Positions 8,786 to 17,688 of a stretch of 40,546 nucleotides of DNA are shown piece by piece (position 1 is the first letter of the stretch; each line of letters starts with the position of its first letter). This DNA comes from a bacterium (lineage in GTDB: Bacteria > Bacteroidota > Bacteroidia > Bacteroidales > Bacteroidaceae), in assembly GCA_963618035.1 (NCBI GenBank), contig CAVERK010000001.1, positions 1-40,546 on the forward strand, given 5' to 3'. Made by a program: the position numbers and the translations under genes. The notes below the pieces were generated by a model that saw only the letters and a program-made list of their open reading frames with translations, was not told the origin of the DNA and ran no database searches.

Positions 8786-10201
8786 CTACTCCGCAAACGC
8801 ATAGGAGAAGCCCTTCACCTTGTCCTGTCCGCCGCGCGTGAAGTCGGGCACCTCGACCGGTGCACTGCCGTTCTCGAGCGAGATGGCCGACAGTTCGCCG
8901 ACGCAGCACCACTCTGCCAGGTCGTAGACATCCATGTCAAGCGGCAGTCCGTTGCGCAGGCAGTAGACCAGGCGATAGTCCATGATGAAGTCCATGCCCC
9001 CGTGTCCGCCAACGGTCTTTGCCGTTTCCTCAAGGTCCGGCGTGAGTATCGGGCTGCGGTACTGCTCCATCAGCTGCTCCTTGGCCGTCCCCTCTATCAT
9101 CACCTCGCTTTCTTTCCCTGCACCCTCGGGCAACAGCTTGGCGTCTATCTGCGAAGGCTTGAAGCACAGCTGCTCCACGGGATACTTGCCGGCATAGCCT
9201 TTCGTGCCCACGAGCTGGTACATGCGGCTGTATGGGCGCGGTGTCATGACGCTGTGCTCCAGCAGTATGGTGGCACCGTTCTCCGTGCTTATCATGGTGG
9301 TGGTCTGGTCGCCGTTCTTGAAGCCGTCGGCGGTGCGCCCGCTGTTCTCCTTGATGTATGCAGGGCCGTTCACCGCCTTTGTGTCCATCGCCACGAGCGT
9401 CTTCATCCTGTCGCCACGGTGCAGGTTCAGTGCCTGTGCTATGGGGCCGAAGCCGTGCGTCGGATAGACATCGCCGCGATGTGTCTCGTTGAAGTCCATG
9501 CGCCAGTTGTTCCAGTACTCCTTCCAGTAGGGGTCGAGGTTGTGCAGGTATGCGCCCTCGGCATGCAGGATTTCGCCGAACAGTCCGTGCTGTGCCATGT
9601 TCAGAGCCGTCAGCTCAAAGAAGTCATAGCAGCAGTTCTCCAGCTGCATGCAGTGCCGGCGTGTGCGCTCCGAGGTGTTGATGAGCAGCCAGATGTCGTC
9701 GAGCGACGTTGCCGACGGCACCTCTATGGCGGTGTGCTTGCCGTGCTCCATGGCATAGACGGCCACCGGCACGTGGTGCACCCAGTCGGTGGCTATGTAG
9801 ACCAGGTCTATGTCGTCGCGCCGGCACAGCTCCCTGTATATGGTGTCGTTCCCGCTGTAGGCCGCCGCCTCGGGCAGACCTGCACGGCGCAGTATCTGCT
9901 GGCTGGCATCCACGTTCTCCGGCACCACGTCACACAGGGCAACAATCTTTGTCCCTGGTATGTGCGTGAAGCGTTCCACGGCACCAGGTCCCCGCATGCC
10001 CAGTCCCACGAAAGCCACGCGCACGGTGTCGAGTGCGGGAGCCGTGAGCTGCAGCACGTCTGTCTGTCCGGCAGGGCGTTCGGGCACTGCCACTCTTATT
10101 GGTTCACGGGCAGTGCCGTCGTTCTGTGTCCGGCCTCCCGTCGTCGTGCATGCGGCAATCACAAGGCCGCCAAGCACTGCTGTGCAGATTCTTCGTATCA
10201 T
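8786..10201 (-). CDS. GH109 NAD-dependent alpha-N-acetylgalactosaminidase-like lipoprotein (Gfo/Idh/MocA fold)
   Basis: Rossmann motif VGLGMRG; also YIATDW..H, AIEVP, LENCCY, YPTHG, GGHGGMD, DVYD. Lipobox-like VIAAC after MIRRIC. Confidence 0.85.
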   Translation of the reverse strand: MIRRICTAVLGGLVIAACTTTGGRTQNDGTAREPIRVAVPERPAGQTDVLQLTAPALDTVRVAFVGLGMRGPGAVERFTHIPGTKIVALCDVVPENVDASQQILRRAGLPEAAAYSGNDTIYRELCRRDDIDLVYIATDWVHHVPVAVYAMEHGKHTAIEVPSATSLDDIWLLINTSERTRRHCMQLENCCYDFFELTALNMAQHGLFGEILHAEGAYLHNLDPYWKEYWNNWRMDFNETHRGDVYPTHGFGPIAQALNLHRGDRMKTLVAMDTKAVNGPAYIKENSGRTADGFKNGDQTTTMISTENGATILLEHSVMTPRPYSRMYQLVGTKGYAGKYPVEQLCFKPSQIDAKLLPEGAGKESEVMIEGTAKEQLMEQYRSPILTPDLEETAKTVGGHGGMDFIMDYRLVYCLRNGLPLDMDVYDLAEWCCVGELSAISLENGSAPVEVPDFTRGGQDKVKGFSYAFAE

Positions 10202-10231
10202 GTTCGTCAGATGTTTTTGTGTAATGCGCCT

Positions 10232-10239
10232 CAAAGTTA
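10232..10239 (-). promoter_or_regulatory. Bacteroidetes -7 promoter box for the GH109 operon
   Basis: TAACTTTG on the minus strand, 30 bp upstream of ATG 10201; matches TAnnTTTG. Confidence 0.65.
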
Positions 10240-10269
10240 GGTATAAATTTGTGCATCCGCAACCGACAG

Positions 10270-10523
10270 TTCTATGGATGACCATTCATAGGTTCTCTGG
10301 TTGAACGTCCATAGGTTCTCTGGTTGAACGTCCATAGGTTCTCTGGTTGAACGTTCAGAGGTTCTCTGGTTGAACGTTCAGAGGGTCTATGACTGAACGT
10401 TCAGAGGCCGTGTCTGTGGTTGAACGTTCATAGGTTCTGTGACTGACCGTTCACAGCTCTATGGTTGACCATTCACAGCTCTGTGGTTGACCATTCATAG
10501 ACACACTGATTTTCAGTAACTTA
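10270..10523. repeat. Tandem array of ten 22-23 bp palindromic units plus a CTGATTTTCAG-n4-TTA tail (family A, copy 1)
   Basis: Units such as ttctctggttgaacgtccatagg start at 10270, 10293, 10316, 10339, 10362, 10385, 10412, 10435, 10458 and 10480; tail at 10506-10523. Confidence 0.95.
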
Positions 10524-10580
10524 GCTGCACGCTTTGCGCCGCCCTCCAATGCCCGACTGGGATAATAAATGTGAAAGCCC

Positions 10581-10611
10581 TTTGCCCATGTGTCGCATTT
10601 CCGTAACTTTG
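10581..10611 (+). promoter_or_regulatory. Bacteroidetes sigma-A promoter for the PBP1a operon
   Basis: TTTG (10581-10584), 19-bp spacer, TAACTTTG (10604-10611). Confidence 0.8.
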
Positions 10612-10655
10612 TGCACTTATCGGAGAAAACAAAACCTTACTGTACACACACAGTT

Positions 10656-12974
10656 ATGCTAAAGAAAACGCTAATAGCCCTATGGGTGCTCTTCTTCCTC
10701 GGCATGGCCGGCTGCGCACTGGTGTTCGTGGCCATATCGAAGGGATGGATAGGCTACATGCCTGCCATCAAGGATCTGGAGAACCCCACATACAAGTTTG
10801 CGACACAGGTCATATCCGAAGACGGGGAGACGCTGGGCACGTACTCATACAGCACGGACAACCGTGTCTACGTGGGCTTCAACGAGTTGTCTGACAACAT
10901 CGTCAACGCACTTGTCGCCACCGAGGACGTGCGCTTCCGCAACCACTCCGGCATTGATGCCATTGCGCTGGTGCGTGCCATCGTGAAGCGCGGCATACTG
11001 ATGCAGGCCAATGCCGGCGGCGGCAGCACCATCACGCAGCAGCTGTCCAAGCAGCTGTATTCGCCGAAGGCGGACAACGCCATGGAACGCCTGTTCCAGA
11101 AGCCGATAGAGTGGGTAATCGCCGTGGAGTTGGAACGCTACTACACGAAGGAAGAGATACTGACGATGTATCTCAACAAGTTCGACTTCCTGAACAACGC
11201 TGTGGGCATAAAGACTGCGGCGCACACATACTTCAACTGTACGCCCTCGGATCTGAAGGTGGAAGAGGCTGCCACGCTGGTCGGCATGTGCAAGAACCCT
11301 TCGCTCTACAACCCCGTGCGCTTCAACGAACGCTCGCGCAGCCGCCGCAATGTGGTGCTCGACCAGATGCGCAAGGCTGGGTACATCACGGGCCGCGAGT
11401 GCGACTCCCTGCAGGCACTGCCGCTGGAGCTGCACTACAACCGCGTGGACCACAAGGAAGGCGTGGCGACATACTTCCGCGAGTACCTGCGCGGCGTGCT
11501 GACGGCCAAGAAGCCGGTCAAGTCCCAGTATCGCGGATGGCAGATGCAGCAGTTCTATGAGGACTCACTCGACTGGGAGACGAATCCGCTCTTCGGGTGG
11601 TGCGAGAAGAACACAAAGAACGACGGATCGAAGTACAACCTCTACACCGACGGACTGAAGATCTACACCACTATAGATTCACGCATGCAACGCTATGCCG
11701 AGGAGGCAGTGACCGAGCATCTCAAGGATCTCCAGGCACAGTTCTTCAGGGAGAAGCGCAGGTCGAAGACCGCTCCCTTCACCTCACAGCTCACAGCCGA
11801 GCAGGTGAAGGACATCATGGACCGTGCCGTGCGCCAGTCGGACCGCTACCGCACGATGAAGAAGGCGGGAGCTACGGATGCGGAGATTGACAAGGCATTC
11901 AACACGCCGCAGCAGATGACCGTGTGGAGCTGGGACGGCGAGCGCGACACGGTGATGACACCGCTCGACTCCTTACGCTACTACAAGTATTACCTGCGTG
12001 CAGGATTCATGTCGATGGATCCGAGAAACGGACGCGTGAAGGCGTATGTCGGCGGACCGAACTACTATTACTTCCAGTACGACATGGCCATGAAAGGCCG
12101 TCGTCAGGTAGGCTCCACGGTGAAGCCGTATGTCTACACGCTGGCCATGGAGAACGGCTTCTCGCCCTGCGACGAGGCCAAGCACGTCTCCTATACGCTG
12201 ATCGACGAGAACAACCGCCCCTGGACTCCGCGCAATGCCAGCAACAAGCTGATCGGTGAGATGGTGACGCTGAAGTGGGGGCTTGCAAACTCCGACAACT
12301 GGATAACGGCATACCTCATGAGCAAGCTGAGCCCCTACAGTCTGAAGAGGCTCATACAGAGCTTCGGCGTGCGCAACCAGGCCATTGAGCCGACCGTGTC
12401 GCTGTGTCTCGGACCGTGCGAGATCTCCGTCGGCGAGATGGTGAGTGCCTATACGGCGTTCCCGAACAAGGGAATACGTGTTGCGCCGGTGTTCGTGTCG
12501 AGGATTGAGGACAACGACGGCAACGTGCTGGCAACGTTCGCACCGGAGATGGACGAGGTAATCAGTGCGGAGAGTGCGTACAAGATGCTGGTGATGCTGC
12601 GTGCCGTTGTGAACGAGGGCACCGGCGGACGTGTGCGCCGTCTGGGCTTCAAGGCCGACATGGGCGGCAAGACAGGTACGACCAACTCGAACTCCGACGG
12701 CTGGTTCATGGGCTTCACGCCTACGCTGGTGTCGGGATGCTGGGTCGGCGGGGAGAACCGCGACATACACTTCGACACCATGCAGTATGGTCAGGGAGCA
12801 TCCATGGCATTGCCGATATGGGCAAACTACATGCTCAAGGTCTATGCTGACAAATCACTGGGCTACGACGAGAACGACACGTTCGTCTTCCCCGAAGACT
12901 ATGACCCGTGTGCCGGCGACAGCCATCTGACAAAGGAGGATGTGTCGATTGGGCTTGACGAGATATTTGAATAA
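10656..12974 (+). CDS. mrcA: Class A penicillin-binding protein 1A (transglycosylase/transpeptidase)
   Basis: N-terminal TM anchor; GT51 motifs ATEDVRFRNHSGID and GGSTITQQLSK; transpeptidase motifs GSTVK (SxxK), SDN and KTGT. Confidence 0.92.
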   Translation: MLKKTLIALWVLFFLGMAGCALVFVAISKGWIGYMPAIKDLENPTYKFATQVISEDGETLGTYSYSTDNRVYVGFNELSDNIVNALVATEDVRFRNHSGIDAIALVRAIVKRGILMQANAGGGSTITQQLSKQLYSPKADNAMERLFQKPIEWVIAVELERYYTKEEILTMYLNKFDFLNNAVGIKTAAHTYFNCTPSDLKVEEAATLVGMCKNPSLYNPVRFNERSRSRRNVVLDQMRKAGYITGRECDSLQALPLELHYNRVDHKEGVATYFREYLRGVLTAKKPVKSQYRGWQMQQFYEDSLDWETNPLFGWCEKNTKNDGSKYNLYTDGLKIYTTIDSRMQRYAEEAVTEHLKDLQAQFFREKRRSKTAPFTSQLTAEQVKDIMDRAVRQSDRYRTMKKAGATDAEIDKAFNTPQQMTVWSWDGERDTVMTPLDSLRYYKYYLRAGFMSMDPRNGRVKAYVGGPNYYYFQYDMAMKGRRQVGSTVKPYVYTLAMENGFSPCDEAKHVSYTLIDENNRPWTPRNASNKLIGEMVTLKWGLANSDNWITAYLMSKLSPYSLKRLIQSFGVRNQAIEPTVSLCLGPCEISVGEMVSAYTAFPNKGIRVAPVFVSRIEDNDGNVLATFAPEMDEVISAESAYKMLVMLRAVVNEGTGGRVRRLGFKADMGGKTGTTNSNSDGWFMGFTPTLVSGCWVGGENRDIHFDTMQYGQGASMALPIWANYMLKVYADKSLGYDENDTFVFPEDYDPCAGDSHLTKEDVSIGLDEIFE

Positions 12975-12982
12975 GCGAGACG

Positions 12983-14107
12983 ATGGAATACATACTGTTT
13001 ATCGGAACAAACACAGACGCGGAAGCCAACATGGACAAGGCCGTCCGCAGACTCAAGGAACTGTTTCCCGACATCAGGCTGAGCAGTGCCATATATACGG
13101 AGGCGATGGGGATGAAGTGCGTGCGCCCGTTTCTGAACCGCATGTCGCGCTTCACCTCAGACAAGGGCTACGACGATGTCCGCGCCCTGATGAAGAGCAT
13201 TGAGGCTGAGGCAGGACGCAAGCCGCAGGAGAAGGAAGACGAGATCATACGCCTCGACCTTGACATCCTGCAGGCGGGCGACAACAGGTATAAGCCCCAG
13301 GACTGGAACAGGCCGTTCGTGCCTGGACTGGTCAGGCAGATGGACATGAAGTTCCTCGGCATCATCCCTGCACGCTACGCATCAACACGGTTCCCTGGCA
13401 AGCCGCTGGCACAGCTGGGGGGCAAGCCCGTGATACAGAGAGTGTACGAACAGGTCGCCGGCGTGCTCGACGATGTCTGTGTGGCTACCGACGACGAGCG
13501 TATCTGCAGTGCGGTAGAGGCCTTCGGCGGCAAGGTGGTCATGACATCGGCAAGCCATCGCAGTGGCACCGACCGCTGCCATGAGGCAGCACAGAAGATT
13601 GGCGGCGACTTCGACGTGGTGGTCAACATTCAGGGCGACGAGCCGTTTATCCGTCCTTCGCAGATAGAGACCGTCAAGGCCTGCTTTGCAGACACCAACA
13701 CACGCATCGCCACACTCGTCAAGCCGTTCACTGCCGGTGACGGGTTCGCTGCGCTGGAGAACGTCAACTCGCCGAAGGTGGTCGTCGACAAGGATATGAA
13801 CGCCCTGTACTTCAGCCGTTCCATCATCCCCTTCCAGCGCAATGCCGACAGGGCGGACTGGCTCAAGAACCACACCTACTACAAGCACATAGGTCTGTAT
13901 GCCTACCGCATGGAGACGCTGTCCGAGATAACGCGACTGCCGCAGTCGGCACTGGAGATTGCCGAGTCGCTGGAGCAGCTGCGGTGGATAGAGAACGGCT
14001 ACCGCATAAAGGTGGGCATCAGCGATGTGGAGACAATAGGCATTGACACGCCGCAGGACTTGCAGCGTGCCGAAGAGTTCCTGAAAACAACACCAAGACC
14101 GATATGA
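12983..14107 (+). CDS. kdsB: Fusion of an HPPK/FolK-like domain (aa 1-121) and 3-deoxy-manno-octulosonate cytidylyltransferase KdsB
   Basis: N part: IGTN, FLN, GR...RLDLDIL. C part from ATG 13346: MKFLGIIPARYASTRFPGKPL, SGTDR, NIQGDEP, YFSR, KHIGLYAY, ESLEQLRW, IDTPQDL. Confidence 0.9.
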   Translation: MEYILFIGTNTDAEANMDKAVRRLKELFPDIRLSSAIYTEAMGMKCVRPFLNRMSRFTSDKGYDDVRALMKSIEAEAGRKPQEKEDEIIRLDLDILQAGDNRYKPQDWNRPFVPGLVRQMDMKFLGIIPARYASTRFPGKPLAQLGGKPVIQRVYEQVAGVLDDVCVATDDERICSAVEAFGGKVVMTSASHRSGTDRCHEAAQKIGGDFDVVVNIQGDEPFIRPSQIETVKACFADTNTRIATLVKPFTAGDGFAALENVNSPKVVVDKDMNALYFSRSIIPFQRNADRADWLKNHTYYKHIGLYAYRMETLSEITRLPQSALEIAESLEQLRWIENGYRIKVGISDVETIGIDTPQDLQRAEEFLKTTPRPI

Positions 14108-15387
14108 CAGACCGCCGTACACCGCCGCCGTTGAGACCCTTCGACATAAAGGACATTGCCGAGCCTGAGAAGACCGTCCTGGGTAACGGCGTGCCGCTGT
14201 ATGTCTTCAACAGCGATGCTGCCGACGTGGTGCGCATAGACCTTGTGTTTCGTGGCGGACGCTGGGACCAGACGTTCCCCCTGCAAGCCGTCTTCACGTT
14301 GCGCATGCTGAAAGAAGGGACACTGCACATGGACAGCAGCACCGTGGCAGAGCGGCTCGACTTCTACGGAGCATGGCTCGAACACTACGTCACACACTCG
14401 CGCTCGGTGCTCACGCTCTATTCCCTCAATTCATATCTGCCGCAGACGCTCGACGTGCTGGAGCAGATGGTCAAGGAGCCGGCGTTCAACGACGACCGCC
14501 TGCAGACCGTGATTGGAATGAACATCCAGCGTTTCGTCGTCAACGAACGCCGCACCGACTGCAAGGCACAGCGCAAGCTCATGAACGCACTGTTCGGAGA
14601 CCGTCATCCCGAAGGACATTCCCTGACGGTCGAGGACTACAAGGCCGTCAATGCAGATATGCTGCGGCAGTTCTATAAGGAATACTACAGGTCGGCAAAC
14701 CTCACCGTCTGCCTGTCCGGACACGTCACCGACGACTGCCGGCATCGTGTCTCGGCCATCTTCGGCACACCCTTCGGCATGCAGACGGCAGGGAGCAGGA
14801 TGCACATGTGGCAGCCGCAGACCGTCACGGAGAAGAGTTTCTTTGTGGAGAAGGAAGACGCACAGCAGAGCAGCGTGGCCATGGGACTGCTGACCGTTGG
14901 GGCAGGGCATCCCGACTTCCCTAAGCTGCGCATCGCCGTCACCCTCCTTGGCGGCTTCTTCGGAAGCAGGTTCATGTCGAACATCCGTGAGGAGAAGGGC
15001 TATACCTATGGCATCAGCTCGTCGCTGATAACGTGCCCCGCAAGCAACATCCTCTTCATAGCAGCCGACTGCAGCAACGAACACGCGAAGCCTCTCATTG
15101 CCGAGGTGTATAAGGAGATGGACCGCCTGCAGCAGGAACCGGTGGGGCAGGCAGAGCTGGAGACGGTGTGCAACTACATGATTGGCGACAGCATCCGCAG
15201 TGTCGAGACGGCTCTCTCGCTTGTGGACGTGTGGATAATGAACCACGAACAGATAGAACAGCCCGACCTGTTCCGCCGCTCCGTGGAGGCCATCGGCACT
15301 GTTACGCCCGACGACATAATGCGTCTTGCACGGACATACTTCTCTAAAGAGATGTTAAAGGAAGTGGTGTGCGGTCGAAAAATGTGA
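14104..15387 (+). CDS. Peptidase M16 family protein, probably a non-catalytic subunit
   Basis: Motifs LGNGVPLY, ERLDFYGA, LGGFFGSRFMSNIREEKGYTYGI; no HxxEH motif. Confidence 0.85.
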   Translation: MTDRRTPPPLRPFDIKDIAEPEKTVLGNGVPLYVFNSDAADVVRIDLVFRGGRWDQTFPLQAVFTLRMLKEGTLHMDSSTVAERLDFYGAWLEHYVTHSRSVLTLYSLNSYLPQTLDVLEQMVKEPAFNDDRLQTVIGMNIQRFVVNERRTDCKAQRKLMNALFGDRHPEGHSLTVEDYKAVNADMLRQFYKEYYRSANLTVCLSGHVTDDCRHRVSAIFGTPFGMQTAGSRMHMWQPQTVTEKSFFVEKEDAQQSSVAMGLLTVGAGHPDFPKLRIAVTLLGGFFGSRFMSNIREEKGYTYGISSSLITCPASNILFIAADCSNEHAKPLIAEVYKEMDRLQQEPVGQAELETVCNYMIGDSIRSVETALSLVDVWIMNHEQIEQPDLFRRSVEAIGTVTPDDIMRLARTYFSKEMLKEVVCGRKM

Positions 15388-15430
15388 TAAAAAGACCGTA
15401 CGTCCGCCCTTGACTATAGCGATAAAACGC

Positions 15431-15438
15431 TACCTTTG
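15431..15438 (+). promoter_or_regulatory. -7 promoter box for the MORN gene
   Basis: TACCTTTG, 43 bp before ATG 15482. Confidence 0.6.
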
Positions 15439-15481
15439 GAAACTCAAAGAACTGACACTTGTCTCTTATTCACGGTTATAG

Positions 15482-16651
15482 ATGAAGCACATATACGTAC
15501 TGTTGACTTTGCTGATGCTTGTTGCCACCACGGAGAGCATGCAGGCACAGAACAATGGCAGCAGCTTCCTCGACAGAGTGAAGAACGCCCTGTCGGGCGA
15601 AATCAAGATAGGCACATACACGTTTCCTGACGGATCCACATATACAGGCGAAATCAAGGGACGCAAGCCCAATGGCAAGGGACGCACCGAGTTCAAGAAC
15701 GGCGACACCTACGAGGGCGAGTACGTCAAAGGGAAGCGTGAAGGCTATGGGGTCTACACCTTTGCCGACGGGGAGAAGTATGAAGGCCAGTGGTTTCAGG
15801 ACCAGCAGCACGGCAACGGAATATTCTATTTCCTGAACAACAACCGCTACGACGGCATGTGGTATCAGGACTACCAGCAGGGTAAGGGTACGATGTACTA
15901 CTACACCGGCGATACCTACGTCGGGTCATGGGAAGCCGACAAGCGCGAAGGCCACGGAGTCTATACATGGAAGAACGGTTCGAGCTACGACGGCGACTGG
16001 AAAGCCGACAAGAAGGATGGCTCGGGTGTCTTCGTGTGGAACGATGGCAGCAAGTATTCCGGACAGTGGAAAGCCGATATGCGCGACGGCGAGGGGACAT
16101 TTGAATATATCAACGGAGACAAGTATGTGGGGCAGTGGAGTGCCGACGTGCAGAACGGAAAGGGTATCTACTACTTCAACACCGGCGACCGCTATGAGGG
16201 CGACTATGTTGACGGCGAGCGTACAGGCTCGGGCATCTACACCTATGCCAACGGCAACAAGTATGTGGGAGAGTTCAAGGACGGCACCCAAGACGGACAA
16301 GGAACGTTCACATGGGAGACGGGAGCCGTCTATGAAGGGCAGTGGAAAGATAACCAGCGTTGCGGCACGGGTACTTACAGATGGAAGAACGGCGATGTAT
16401 ATGAGGGTGAGTGGAAGGACAACACCTTCAATGGCGAAGGCTCTCTGACGCTTGCCGACGGCACAAAATACAAGGGTGGCTTTGTCAACGGAAAGGAAGA
16501 CGGCAAGGGCATAAGGATAGACAAGGACGGTGTACGCTTCGACGGCTCATTCAAGGAAGGCAAGAAAGACGGTCCCTTCGTCGAGACAGACAAGGACGGA
16601 AAGGTGATACGTCAGGGCACTTTCCGCATGGATGTGTTGCAGAACAACTAA
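15482..16651 (+). CDS. Exported MORN-repeat protein (~14 repeats)
   Basis: Signal peptide followed by 14 consecutive 23-aa repeats of the form YxGxWxxxxxxGxGxxxxxxG. Confidence 0.92.
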   Translation: MKHIYVLLTLLMLVATTESMQAQNNGSSFLDRVKNALSGEIKIGTYTFPDGSTYTGEIKGRKPNGKGRTEFKNGDTYEGEYVKGKREGYGVYTFADGEKYEGQWFQDQQHGNGIFYFLNNNRYDGMWYQDYQQGKGTMYYYTGDTYVGSWEADKREGHGVYTWKNGSSYDGDWKADKKDGSGVFVWNDGSKYSGQWKADMRDGEGTFEYINGDKYVGQWSADVQNGKGIYYFNTGDRYEGDYVDGERTGSGIYTYANGNKYVGEFKDGTQDGQGTFTWETGAVYEGQWKDNQRCGTGTYRWKNGDVYEGEWKDNTFNGEGSLTLADGTKYKGGFVNGKEDGKGIRIDKDGVRFDGSFKEGKKDGPFVETDKDGKVIRQGTFRMDVLQNN

Positions 16652-17634
16652 ATCTTTCCGAGAATCTTATCCATGACCCAGTTTGTGAGCGTCGCGCTCT
16701 CGCCGTTGCACTCGCAGACTGACTTCCCGAGCAGATGGTCCACGACAGACTGTATCAGCGGCTGCTGGACATACGTCGGGTTCTCGACGCTTATCTCCTG
16801 CCTGTTGTCTTCGGTGTACAGCGTTATAGGCTCATAGGTGTAGACCGAGAAGCACAGCGTCCCTTTGTTGCCAATCACCTCTATGCGGTCTTCCTTTGCC
16901 GAGTCCTGTGCCACGAAGCACCACGATCCACTGCCCACCAGTCCGCTTTCAAACTTGAAGCATCCGCTTATGGTATCCTCGACCTGATACAGTCCGCCAC
17001 GGTTGCTCTTGAAGCCCGATGCTTCGAGAATCAGTCCGAAGATGTGCTGTATCATGTCTATCTGATGTGGCGCAAGGTCGTAGAAGTAGCCCCCGCCTGC
17101 GATGTCGGGCTGTAGACGCCAGGGATGTATGTTCTTCTTGTAGTCCAGGTCGCGCGGCGGCACGGCAAAGCGTATCTGGATATTCACCACATTGCCTATT
17201 GCTCCGTCGTCTATCAGCTGCTTCACCTTCCTGAAGTAGGGCAGATAGCGGCGATAGTATGCCACGAAGCAAGGCACTCCCGTCTCCTCCGATATGCGGT
17301 TTATGCGGCAGCACTCTTCGTAGGTCACGGCCATCGGCTTCTCGATGTATACCGGTTTCCCTGCTTTCATGGCCATGATGGCATAGGTGGCGTGCGACGA
17401 TGGGGGAGTGGCTATGTAGACGGCATTCACGTCAGGGTCGTTCACCAGCTGCGATGCGTCGTCATACCACTTGGCGATGCCGCGCTCTTCGGCATACGCC
17501 CTTGCCTTGTGCAGGTCGCGGCTCATCACAGCCTCCACTTCAGAGTTCTCAATCTTCTGAAACGCCGGTCCGCTTTTATATTTGGTCACTTCGCCGCAAC
17601 CAATGAATCCCCACTTGATCTTCTTCTCTGCCAT
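16648..17634 (-). CDS. Gfo/Idh/MocA family oxidoreductase
   Basis: Motifs WGFIGCG, YIATPPSSH, IEKPMA, AYYRR, GGGYFYDLAPHQID. Confidence 0.9.
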   Translation of the reverse strand: MAEKKIKWGFIGCGEVTKYKSGPAFQKIENSEVEAVMSRDLHKARAYAEERGIAKWYDDASQLVNDPDVNAVYIATPPSSHATYAIMAMKAGKPVYIEKPMAVTYEECCRINRISEETGVPCFVAYYRRYLPYFRKVKQLIDDGAIGNVVNIQIRFAVPPRDLDYKKNIHPWRLQPDIAGGGYFYDLAPHQIDMIQHIFGLILEASGFKSNRGGLYQVEDTISGCFKFESGLVGSGSWCFVAQDSAKEDRIEVIGNKGTLCFSVYTYEPITLYTEDNRQEISVENPTYVQQPLIQSVVDHLLGKSVCECNGESATLTNWVMDKILGKI

Positions 17635-17688
17635 ATTCTTCGGAGTACACCTTATATAATATGTATACCGACTGCTAAGATAGCGATT

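Noticed and set aside
10270..10500. CRISPR array interpretation of the 22-23 bp repeats (also at 20354, 33097 and 40481)
   Set aside because: Units are head-to-tail with only short linkers and no unique 25-45 bp spacers, and there are no cas genes in the window.
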